Of a stretch of 64,000 bases of DNA, positions 26,201-33,382 are shown piece after piece. Numbering within the stretch: the first letter of the stretch is position 1; every line of letters starts with the position of its first letter. This DNA is from Flavobacterium sp. (GTDB taxonomy: Bacteria; Bacteroidota; Bacteroidia; Flavobacteriales; Flavobacteriaceae), in assembly GCF_049240005.1 (NCBI RefSeq), contig NZ_JBMLTK010000028.1:8773-72772 (forward strand), written 5' to 3'. Under the pieces are notes generated by a model, which saw only the letters and a program-made list of their open reading frames with translations, did not search any database and had not been told where the DNA came from. The position numbers and the translations under genes were made by a program.

Positions 26201-26455
26201 GGCAATGTCGAACTGGATTTTCTTTGAGGAGCGTTCAGATAGTATTCCTTGATATTTACAAGTAAAAACAAGTAAATCAGACGCATCGCTAAAGGTAGCT
26301 TCACCTATTTTTATTAATTCTGAAAATCGTTGAAAATCGTTTTCAGTCAATATGTAGTTTAGGTCTTCGGAAATCTTTCGGAACGATGAAATTTTATCAA
26401 AAAAGAAATCGCCTACCAACTGAACAGAGAAATTTTGAATGAAAGGTATCGTCAC
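23291..26455 (-). CDS. large gamma-class N6-adenine DNA methyltransferase with a C-terminal specificity region (Eco57I/Type IIG-like architecture)
   Basis: ILDPACGSGAFPMG (motif I) precedes VVIGNPPYVE (motif IV). A TRD-like C-terminus of ~350 aa follows. I could not assign the ~300-aa N-terminal region to a nuclease. Confidence 0.9.
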   Translation of the reverse strand: MTIPFIQNFSVQLVGDFFFDKISSFRKISEDLNYILTENDFQRFSELIKIGEATFSDASDLLVFTCKYQGILSERSSKKIQFDIAKKVLSADFKDGAIFIFYDENGCFRFSFIRRNYGNKNQKFSSWKRYTYFVDPARTNKTFKNRINGCNFSSLEEIQEAFSVEKLNKKFYEEIATAFYSLIGGKVSINKKEVSFNPCLQLPTKPINDYRKEYQEFGVRLIGRTIFCWFLKNKKSDNGLPLIPEEWLSSKMVASVDNERHDYYHSILEKLFFLILNKKKGDERKPYQLPNNHELVPFLNGGLFEAQADDFFPKDSEGIHQANFALHIPNQWFKDFFEVLEQYNFTIDENSSNDFEVSIDPEMLGTIFENLLAEIDPDTEKSARKSTGSFYTPREIVDYMVEQSLLQYIKTKTNIDEEEKLEILLKDDTENPFDSKQTIAILEALSDVKILDPACGSGAFPMGVLHKIIALLKKLDKGAVWWKAKQLEKIDNAIMRKIMEEKLSSATSDYARKLGVIQHSIYGVDIQPVAAEISKLRSFLSLIIDENINDTAENRGIIPLPNLEFKFVTANTLIGLEQENKEKAVEFDFGETAQLQTQLQKIRNAYLQASPTEKRTLKSDFEKLQQEIYKNELKSGGQNKRAQQLAAWKPFSNESSAWFDPDWMFGVEKFDVVIGNPPYVEVSNKKDKEFFQKLFKDVLSKHYDLYIFFFKIGIDYLNHKGILSYITPHTFTVYTQFQELRNYIRSKTNIIEVTERIENVFETAIVDSSLTFLIKSKSNKSFKTKFTKYLIQNNSLNLLKKSELLQDDYDSTSFDFETIDNYKILKKYSANTVNLGTITHSTQGITVYAKVQGEKKNYFNDSIISKYSKPVMRGKDFHRYEDKWKENFIEYGEWLWCKRDDKFFREPKIFLRQTSADLIATFIEDEFYCIDSVHSIIKNDKNFELKYILSILNSKFGNFLYKLLITESGKVFAQVKLTFLRKLPIKIVESNIQKLIVDKVNKIIENKKQNLDTTELENQIDLMVYKLYELSYAEVLVVDPEFGLSEQEYNSYVY

Positions 26456-26787
26456 GTCTTGGTTGTTTAAACGTTATAATAAAATGATTCGAATATAAGA
26501 CAATCTCAATAGAAATATTGTTGAAAAGTTTATTGAAACAACTACGTATTACTCATCGCACGATATATCACAGTTTTAAATTTAAAGGGCTCTAAATAGC
26601 GTTGTACTAATTGTAAATATTTTGATTACACAACGTGCTTTTTGTTGGTGTCTGTTCGATAGAAAAATTGGTTTACTGGCGTTCGATAAAAAAAGTGAGA
26701 TTACACCTTTAAGATGACCACTGAGGCGCAGCTTTACACGAAATGCACCTGAGTTAGTGCACTAGTTTTTACGGTAACGACTTTCCC

Positions 26788-26922
26788 GGCCCCGATTGCA
26801 GTGGAAATAACGCTGCAGCGGTGGCGTGTGCGGGCGTTTTTAGCGCGGCGACTGGCAGAAGCCCCGCAGAAAACTGCCCAAACCGCCGCCGCAAAAGCGG
26901 TATTGCAATGAAAAGCGGGAAT
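26788..26922 (-). repeat. GC-rich structured intergenic repeat (family copy G2, inverted relative to G1)
   Basis: ccccgattgcagtggaaata ... attgcaatgaaaagcggga. Its reverse complement shares its ends with the copies at 6311-6440 and 46818-46890. Confidence 0.5.
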
Positions 26923-26933
26923 AGCCGCATAAA

Positions 26934-27153
26934 TAACGTGAGTTTGATATAAAGATCTACGTTCGAACGCTTAAATTGAGTCGTTTAAATAGTTCACGGG
27001 AATTTTTGCTGAGCTATTTTGAAAGCTAATCATTTAAACAGTCGCTTACTGCCTTGTATTTTTTTGAGGTACCTCGGTATACCAGGAAAATACGCCTTGT
27101 AATCAACCGTTTAAATGATTTCTAACTTTAATTTTTACATCGAACTCACGTTA
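26934..27153 (+). mobile_element. MITE-like element, copy B (~220 bp)
   Basis: Left end TAACGTGAGTTTGA and right end TCGAACTCACGTTA (13/14 complementary). Same orientation as copy A. The right ~135 bp is near-identical to 6141-6276. Confidence 0.6.
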
Positions 27154-27187
27154 AAGAAACAACCCCAACGAAGAGTTTTGAAGAATT

Positions 27188-27886
27188 TTAACGGCAGGCT
27201 GGTTGTTGCATGACCATTAACTCGACAGTGCTTGGCGATACATACGGTATGCCTAAGCCTAAACCTTTGCAAACCAGCCACAAACCCAATAGCGCGATGA
27301 AGAGTGGTAACAAAGGCGCGGCTTTGCGAACCAACACAGCGGCCGAACTCAGTAAAAGTGTGGTTGCCGCCAATAAGGGCGCAGTTCCTAAACCAAAAAG
27401 CAACATGTATAAACTGCCGTTAAGCGCGTTTCCGCTGGCTGTGGCGCCAAAAAGTGCCATGTATATCATCCCACAAGGTAAAAATCCGTTGATGAGTCCA
27501 ACACTAAACGCTTTCACGGTCGGATTGTTCGGAACTAAAGGCAAAATGCCTGCTCGTAATTTTTGAAACAGTTGCAAACTCCAACGACTGCCCAGCAAAG
27601 CGGTAAACCTACGTTCGCGCAGTACAGCATATACCAGCATTAACGCACCCACAACTACCGCCATTTCTTGCTGCCAGCGCGCTAAGCCCAATTGCGCACC
27701 TGCGAGACCAAATAGTAAGCCTAGAAATCCGTAGGACAACGTTTTTCCGAGCACGTACAAACTTACGCGCCACCAACGACTGCGCTCGCCAGTAGGCTGA
27801 CCTACGGCAAACCAACTCAACGGACCACACATGCCCATGCAGTGCACAGACGATAATAATCCTAAAACAACGGCGCTTGTAAACAT
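27188..27886 (-). CDS. TauE/SafE-like membrane protein, last gene of the cbb3 maturation cluster
   Basis: Polytopic membrane protein with an N-terminal HCMGMCGPL motif. Contiguous with the fixH-like gene (1-nt gap). Confidence 0.65.
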   Translation of the reverse strand: MFTSAVVLGLLSSVHCMGMCGPLSWFAVGQPTGERSRWWRVSLYVLGKTLSYGFLGLLFGLAGAQLGLARWQQEMAVVVGALMLVYAVLRERRFTALLGSRWSLQLFQKLRAGILPLVPNNPTVKAFSVGLINGFLPCGMIYMALFGATASGNALNGSLYMLLFGLGTAPLLAATTLLLSSAAVLVRKAAPLLPLFIALLGLWLVCKGLGLGIPYVSPSTVELMVMQQPACR

Positions 27887-27887
27887 C

Positions 27888-28331
27888 TTATTCTACGTAA
27901 AGGTTTTGCTTAAATCTAAGGTCTTTTCCATTTTGCCGCCACTCGAATGTAGCGTACCACAAGCCTTTTTCGAGCTTGCTTTTGGGAATGTTTAGAAACT
28001 GTTTGGAGTGTATTTGAAACGGTACTTCAAAATCGGATTTTTGGCTCGAAGGTCTTAAAAATGCAGCCGTTCCGATAAGTGTTTCGGCTTGGTTTTGAAA
28101 GCGTATTTCGACAGTGGTTGTTGTTTGCGAAATTTGTGGCTTTAAGTCTTCGGTTACAGCCGTTTCCGCGTCGAATTGTTTGTTGATTTTCTTTTCCTGA
28201 CGGTAGTAATCTTCGAGCATTAACTCGTGATCGTAAGCGCTGTCGGTTTGTACTTTAATCACAAAATATAAGATAAATGCTATAAAACAGGCAAAAGCCA
28301 GGAGTACGTAACGGGATCCATTTGTTTTCAT
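27888..28331 (-). CDS. ccoH: FixH/CcoH-like protein
   Basis: 147 aa with an N-terminal TM helix and a beta-rich domain. Sits immediately downstream of ccoG. The symbol is assigned from position and size only. Confidence 0.6.
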   Translation of the reverse strand: MKTNGSRYVLLAFACFIAFILYFVIKVQTDSAYDHELMLEDYYRQEKKINKQFDAETAVTEDLKPQISQTTTTVEIRFQNQAETLIGTAAFLRPSSQKSDFEVPFQIHSKQFLNIPKSKLEKGLWYATFEWRQNGKDLRFKQNLYVE

Positions 28332-28342
28332 AAGTTTAGTTT

Positions 28343-29764
28343 TTAAAAGTATTCACGCGGACCTAAAAACTCGGTTGTGGCGTCTTCGATTTTCTTGCCG
28401 TTGGCCCAGATTTCGATATTTAGTTGCGTTTTTTCTCTTTTAAGTTCGGTTTCTGGAATTCGGATAAAGAAAGTTCCCTTAGCGAGTTTTTCGCTTCCGA
28501 TGATAAACGAACTGCCGCCCACGCGATTAATTTGTGCATTTGGGTAGGTAATGCGCAGTTCGGTGTTTTGAATATCGTGCGTGGTTTTGTTGACAATTTT
28601 GTAGGTAAACACATTTTCAATGTACGTTCCTTGATGTTGAAACAGTTGTCCGGGAAGTCGGAGTACCGTGGCTTCAACCTCGTTGCGTTGTTGCAGCGTT
28701 ATTCCTAAAACAAGGAGCAAAATGGCAAGAACAACGGCATAGGCTTTCATTCTAACGGTAAACACAAACGGCATCTGATTTTCAATTTCTTTTTCGCTGG
28801 CGTAGCGTATGAGTCCTTTTGGTAAGCCTACGTGTTGCATGATGCTGTCGCACTCGTCGATACAAGCGGTGCAATTGGTGCATTCGAGTTGCACGCCGTT
28901 TCGGATATCGATTCCGGTCGGACACACAAAAACGCATTGTTTGCAGTCGATGCAGTCGCCTTTTCCGCTGTTGCTGCGGTCTTCGTTTTTATTGAATTTG
29001 AATCGGCCAACTTCTTTTTCTCCGCGTTTATGGTCGTACATCACGTTAACGGTTTTGTCGTCTACCAATACACCTTGCATTCTGCCGTACGGGCAAACAA
29101 TGAGACAAACTTGTTCGCGAAACCAGCTGTATATGAAATAAAATACCGCAGTGAAAATGAGTAGTGATATAAAAGTTCCAAGGTTGTTTGCGGGTCCGGT
29201 TTCTATAAGTTTGTACAATTCATTACTTCCGATGAGGTAAGCTAGAAATACGTTGGCAATCCAGAACGAAATCACAGCAAACAGAAACCACTTGAGTAGG
29301 CGTTTTCTGATTTTTTCGTTTGTCCACGGCATTTTATCCAACTGCATTTGTGCGGTGCGATCGCCGTCGATCCAGAATTCGATTCGTCGGAACAGCATTT
29401 CCATAAAAATCGTCTGCGGGCAAAACCAGCCGCAGAATATGCGTCCGAATGCCACGGTAAAGAGCGCCAAACCAACCACACCGATGATCATCACTAAAAC
29501 GAAAATGTGAAAGTCTTGCGGCCAGAACGGGAATCCGAATAAGGAGAATCGGCGTTCAAGGACGTTAAACATCAGAAATTGTTGTCCGTTTACATGAATA
29601 AAAGGTGCGCTAAAGAGAAACGCCAGTAGCATGTAGCTCAGTGCTTTGCGTCGGTTGTACCATTTTCCCTTCGGAATTTTGGGATAAATCCAGGCGCGCT
29701 TTCCTGCGGCGTTCACTGTGCTGATGGCGTCTCTAAAACTGCTGTCGGTTGAATGTGCAGCCAT
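28343..29764 (-). CDS. ccoG: cbb3 oxidase accessory 4Fe-4S protein CcoG/FixG
   Basis: CIDCKQCVFVCPTG and CTNCTACIDEC ferredoxin motifs, CGWFCP, and several TM helices. Confidence 0.85.
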   Translation of the reverse strand: MAAHSTDSSFRDAISTVNAAGKRAWIYPKIPKGKWYNRRKALSYMLLAFLFSAPFIHVNGQQFLMFNVLERRFSLFGFPFWPQDFHIFVLVMIIGVVGLALFTVAFGRIFCGWFCPQTIFMEMLFRRIEFWIDGDRTAQMQLDKMPWTNEKIRKRLLKWFLFAVISFWIANVFLAYLIGSNELYKLIETGPANNLGTFISLLIFTAVFYFIYSWFREQVCLIVCPYGRMQGVLVDDKTVNVMYDHKRGEKEVGRFKFNKNEDRSNSGKGDCIDCKQCVFVCPTGIDIRNGVQLECTNCTACIDECDSIMQHVGLPKGLIRYASEKEIENQMPFVFTVRMKAYAVVLAILLLVLGITLQQRNEVEATVLRLPGQLFQHQGTYIENVFTYKIVNKTTHDIQNTELRITYPNAQINRVGGSSFIIGSEKLAKGTFFIRIPETELKREKTQLNIEIWANGKKIEDATTEFLGPREYF

Positions 29765-29776
29765 TTTTTAGCGAAA

Positions 29777-30697
29777 TTAGGGTTGAAGTGCTGCGACTGA
29801 TTTTTCTTTGGAAGTGGTTTCGTCGGCGAGTTTGGCCTCGGGTTCAGCGGCTTTAGCATCTTTTGGATTGCTGCCTTGAAGTGATAAAACATAGCTCGCT
29901 ACTTTCTGAATTTCGGTAGGTTTTATCACGGCTTTCCAAGCAACCATGCCCTTGCCGTCGCGTCCGCCTTCCATTACGGTGTTGAAAACGTTTTTAATGC
30001 CTCCGCCGAGAATCCAATAGTTGTCGGTTAAATTCGGACCAATTTGTCCGCCGGCATCAGCTCGATGGCACGCTACACAGTTGGTTTGAAAAATAGCTTT
30101 ACCTTCGGCTAGATCTTTGGCATCGGTAAGTAAAGTAACTTTTTCTTTATCCATTAAATCCGGAGCAGTTTTTAAGTACTGTTCTACTTCCTGCTGAGCT
30201 ACAGCCATTTCGGTGGTAAATTCTTGCGCTTGGTTGTAATCGCCAACCACGTGAAAGCGAACCAAATAAATCAGGCCGAAAACAATGGTAATGTAAAAGG
30301 AATAAACCCACCAAGGCGGAAGTTCGTTGTCGAGTTCTTTGATACCGTCGTAGTTGTGATCGAGCAGTAATTCGCCTTCATGCGCCAGAGGTTTTGATTT
30401 GGTAAGACGTTGTTTCCATTTTTTAAAGAACGGACTCTCAAGTAAAGGAAGTGCTTCAAGTGCATCGATTTTCTGTTGTTCTTCTTTGCTTAGCAGTAAG
30501 TATTTAATGGTAGCGAGCGCTTTGAACAGCATTTCGATACAAAGCAAAATCACAAAGAACACAAGCAGTGAAAGCGTTACCATTGGGTATTTAATAAACG
30601 CGGGCATGCTCCCGGTATCGAGTACGTATTCGGTTCCTCCAACAGCCAATCCGAAGAAAAAGCTGATTCGTAAAAGGGGAATTAAATTAGTTTTCAT
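29777..30697 (-). CDS. ccoP: cbb3-type cytochrome c oxidase subunit III (CcoP)
   Basis: TM N-terminus, the conserved LLDHNYDGIKELDNELPPWW segment, and a single CVACH haem-c site. Confidence 0.85.
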   Translation of the reverse strand: MKTNLIPLLRISFFFGLAVGGTEYVLDTGSMPAFIKYPMVTLSLLVFFVILLCIEMLFKALATIKYLLLSKEEQQKIDALEALPLLESPFFKKWKQRLTKSKPLAHEGELLLDHNYDGIKELDNELPPWWVYSFYITIVFGLIYLVRFHVVGDYNQAQEFTTEMAVAQQEVEQYLKTAPDLMDKEKVTLLTDAKDLAEGKAIFQTNCVACHRADAGGQIGPNLTDNYWILGGGIKNVFNTVMEGGRDGKGMVAWKAVIKPTEIQKVASYVLSLQGSNPKDAKAAEPEAKLADETTSKEKSVAALQP

Positions 30698-30714
30698 GTG
30701 AGTTGATTTAGAGG

Positions 30715-30885
30715 TTATTCTTCAACAAAGGGAAGCGACTCCAGTTTTTGAAGCGAAGGTTTTGAATAGGTGTACACCCAAAAAAACAGTCCGACGAAAA
30801 AGCTGAAGAACAGCAATAGTGATAAGATGGGATAGATTTCGATCCCGTCGATATTTTCGAGATTTTGCTTGACAAACTTGAGCAT
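30715..30885 (-). CDS. ccoQ: small CcoQ-like membrane protein
   Basis: Not in the ORF track (56 aa). Manual translation gives MLKFVKQNLENIDGIEIYPILSLLLFFSFFVGLFFWVYTYSKPSLQKLESLPFVEE. It lies between ccoNO and ccoP. Confidence 0.55.
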   Translation of the reverse strand: MLKFVKQNLENIDGIEIYPILSLLLFFSFFVGLFFWVYTYSKPSLQKLESLPFVEE

Positions 30886-30889
30886 ACAC

Positions 30890-33067
30890 TTATTTTTTAA
30901 TTTTAATATCGGTTCCGAGTCGTTGCAAATACGCTATGAGTGCTACGACTTCCCGCTCGTGCATTTCCACAAACTTTTCGTTGTTAGCCGCAGCTTTCTT
31001 TTTACTGGCTTCGTATGCTTTTACGAAATCGGGATCGTTAAACAGATTTTTTTCAATTTGTTGTGCTTGCGCAGACATTTGATTTTTTGCGTTGGCGATA
31101 TCGCTTTGGCTGTACGGAACGCCCAGGGTTTGCATCGCGAACATTTTTTGTTCGATTTGCGAATAATCGGCGGCTTTATTTGCGAAAAGCCATTGATACG
31201 CCGGCATAATCGAACCTGGCGAGGTACTCTGTGGATTGTATAAATGGTTGAAATGCCAGTTGTCGTTGTATTTTCCGCCGATGCGCATCAAATCCGGACC
31301 GGTTCTTTTGGAACCCCATAAAAACGGATGGTCGTACACGTATTCGCCCGATTTGGAATACGTTCCGTAGCGCACCACTTCGGAACGGAACGGCCGAATC
31401 ATTTGTGAGTGACACGAAACGCAGCCTTCGCGGATGTAGATATCGCGTCCTTCTAACTCCAGCGGTGAATAGGGCTTAACGCTTGTTATGGTTGGAATAT
31501 TCGATTCGATAAGTAGAGTCGGAATTATCTGAATGCCCCCGCCAATAAGTATGGCTACTGTGGCCAACAAGGTTAGTTGTATCGGGCGACGCTCTAGCCA
31601 GCTGTGCCACTTTTCGTTGCCGTAGCGCTTGTTGCTGAGTTTTTCTAAGGCAGGAGCTTCAGCCGCGTCGTCGGTGACACCTTGTGATGCACGAACAGTT
31701 GCAACAACATTGTAAATGAGCAATACCACACCTACGAGATATAAAGTTCCGCCGATGGCGCGCATCCAATACATCGGAATGATTTGAGTTACCGTTTCGA
31801 GGAAGTTTCCGTATTGTAAGGTGCCGTCTGCTTTAAATTCTTTCCACATCGAAGCTTGTGTGAAACCTGCCACATACATCGGAATCGAATACAGAACTAT
31901 CCCCAAAGTACCTATCCAAAAATGAATGTTTGCGAGTTTTATCGAATGCAGTTCGCGCTTGAATAACTTCGGAAGTAAATAGTAAATCATTCCAAAAATC
32001 AAGAAACCGTTCCAGGCCAAAGCACCTACGTGTACGTGTGCGATGATCCAGTCGCTAAAGTGTGCAATAGCGTTGATATTCTTTAGAGAAAGCATCGGAC
32101 CTTCAAAAGTGGCCATTCCATACCCAGTGATGGCAACTACAAAGAATTTTAAAACCACATCGGTACGAACTTTATCCCACACGCCACGCAAAGTGAGCAG
32201 TCCGTTGATCATACCTCCCCAAGATGGAGCGATAAGCATCACAGAAAATACAACACCAAGATTTTGCGCCCAATCGGGTAAAGATGAGTACAGCAAATGG
32301 TGTGGTCCGGCCCAGATATAGATAAAGATGAGCGACCAGAAATGTATGATGGACAATCGGTAGGAATATACCGGACGGTCGGCCGCTTTCGGTACAAAAT
32401 AATACATGATTCCAAGAAACGGCGTGGTAAGGAAAAAAGCCACTGCATTATGTCCGTACCACCATTGTACCAAAGCATCTTGTACACCTGCGTACACCGA
32501 ATAGCTTTTAAATAATGATACCGGAAGTTCTAAGCTATTAAAAATGTGCAATACCGCTACGGTTATTACTGTGGCAATGTAAAACCAGATCGCCACATAC
32601 AAATGTCGCTGACGCCGAACGAGTATGGTGCCAATCATGTTTATCGCAAAAACTACCCATACGAGCGTTATTGCGATGTCGATAGGCCATTCGAGCTCGG
32701 CATATTCTTTACTGGTTGTGATACCTAGCGGTAAGGTAATGGCCGCCGCAACGATGATTAATTGCCAGCCCCAAAAATGGATTTTCCCCAGTAAATCGCT
32801 GTACATACGTGTTTGCAGCAAACGTTGCATCGAATAGTAAACGCCTGCAAACATGGCATTTCCGACAAAGGCAAAAATAACGGCATTGGTATGCAGCGGT
32901 CGAAGGCGTCCGAAACTCAAAAACGAAATACCGTTAGTGAGATTTGGAAACAAAAACATAAAAGCTAAAAGCAAGCCAACGAGCATGCCCACCAATCCGA
33001 AAACAATCGATGCATAGATGAAATTGCGTACAATTTTATTGTCGTAATAGAATTTTTCAGGGACCAT
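30890..33067 (-). CDS. ccoNO: fused cbb3-type cytochrome c oxidase subunits I and II (CcoN-CcoO)
   Basis: 725 aa. A 12+ TM haem-copper oxidase N-part with conserved His residues, and a C-terminal CcoO part with CVSCH. Confidence 0.9.
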   Translation of the reverse strand: MVPEKFYYDNKIVRNFIYASIVFGLVGMLVGLLLAFMFLFPNLTNGISFLSFGRLRPLHTNAVIFAFVGNAMFAGVYYSMQRLLQTRMYSDLLGKIHFWGWQLIIVAAAITLPLGITTSKEYAELEWPIDIAITLVWVVFAINMIGTILVRRQRHLYVAIWFYIATVITVAVLHIFNSLELPVSLFKSYSVYAGVQDALVQWWYGHNAVAFFLTTPFLGIMYYFVPKAADRPVYSYRLSIIHFWSLIFIYIWAGPHHLLYSSLPDWAQNLGVVFSVMLIAPSWGGMINGLLTLRGVWDKVRTDVVLKFFVVAITGYGMATFEGPMLSLKNINAIAHFSDWIIAHVHVGALAWNGFLIFGMIYYLLPKLFKRELHSIKLANIHFWIGTLGIVLYSIPMYVAGFTQASMWKEFKADGTLQYGNFLETVTQIIPMYWMRAIGGTLYLVGVVLLIYNVVATVRASQGVTDDAAEAPALEKLSNKRYGNEKWHSWLERRPIQLTLLATVAILIGGGIQIIPTLLIESNIPTITSVKPYSPLELEGRDIYIREGCVSCHSQMIRPFRSEVVRYGTYSKSGEYVYDHPFLWGSKRTGPDLMRIGGKYNDNWHFNHLYNPQSTSPGSIMPAYQWLFANKAADYSQIEQKMFAMQTLGVPYSQSDIANAKNQMSAQAQQIEKNLFNDPDFVKAYEASKKKAAANNEKFVEMHEREVVALIAYLQRLGTDIKIKK

Positions 33068-33069
33068 AA

Positions 33070-33273
33070 TTAATCGTTTTGAATGGTTTTAGGAGAAACT
33101 ACCGTTGGCGATGTTTCGGTTTTTGAATCGGTTACCGAATCGTCAAATAATACACGAACCGATGGGGTGTAATCGTCGTCGAACTGCCCGTTTTTTACTG
33201 CTTTGAAAAACGCATAGAGAAACAGTAATGCGATGATTAAACTGATGCTGATTAGTAAATAAATAACACTCAT
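33070..33273 (-). CDS. ccoS: cbb3 oxidase maturation protein CcoS
   Basis: 67 aa. MSVIYLLISISLIIALLFLYAFFKAVKNGQFDD is the typical CcoS/FixS pattern. A 2-nt gap separates it from ccoNO. Confidence 0.8.
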   Translation of the reverse strand: MSVIYLLISISLIIALLFLYAFFKAVKNGQFDDDYTPSVRVLFDDSVTDSKTETSPTVVSPKTIQND

Positions 33274-33322
33274 ACCTTAAGATTATAGGAACAAAAGTAG
33301 TTTCGGCTTTTTGGACAAATCA

Positions 33323-33334
33323 TGATATTTATCA
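33323..33334 (-). promoter_or_regulatory. candidate FNR-type box TGATATTTATCA upstream of ccoS-ccoNO
   Basis: Perfect TGAT-N4-ATCA. It is 23 nt from a minus-strand TACTTTTG -7 box (33292-33299), the same spacing as at hemN. Confidence 0.55.
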
Positions 33335-33382
33335 GGTTTGAAACTTTTTTATGCGATAGGTTTTTCCAGATCTGGCGTGGTT

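Noticed and set aside
18162-26455. Naming the module DISARM, BREX or Mokosh
   Set aside because: DISARM needs DrmA/DrmB (a DUF1998 partner). BREX needs PglZ, BrxC and related genes. None of these is present. Mokosh pairs PLD with an SF1 RNA-helicase-type domain, not an SNF2 motor. Only the generic description is supportable.
28420-29510. Many antisense or alternate-frame ORFs inside ccoG, with similar ones inside ccoNO, ccoI, ftsY (46902..47324), the methyltransferase (25990..26304) and other genes
   Set aside because: They are fully nested in genes with strong motif support on the other strand or frame. This is typical shadow-ORF behaviour.
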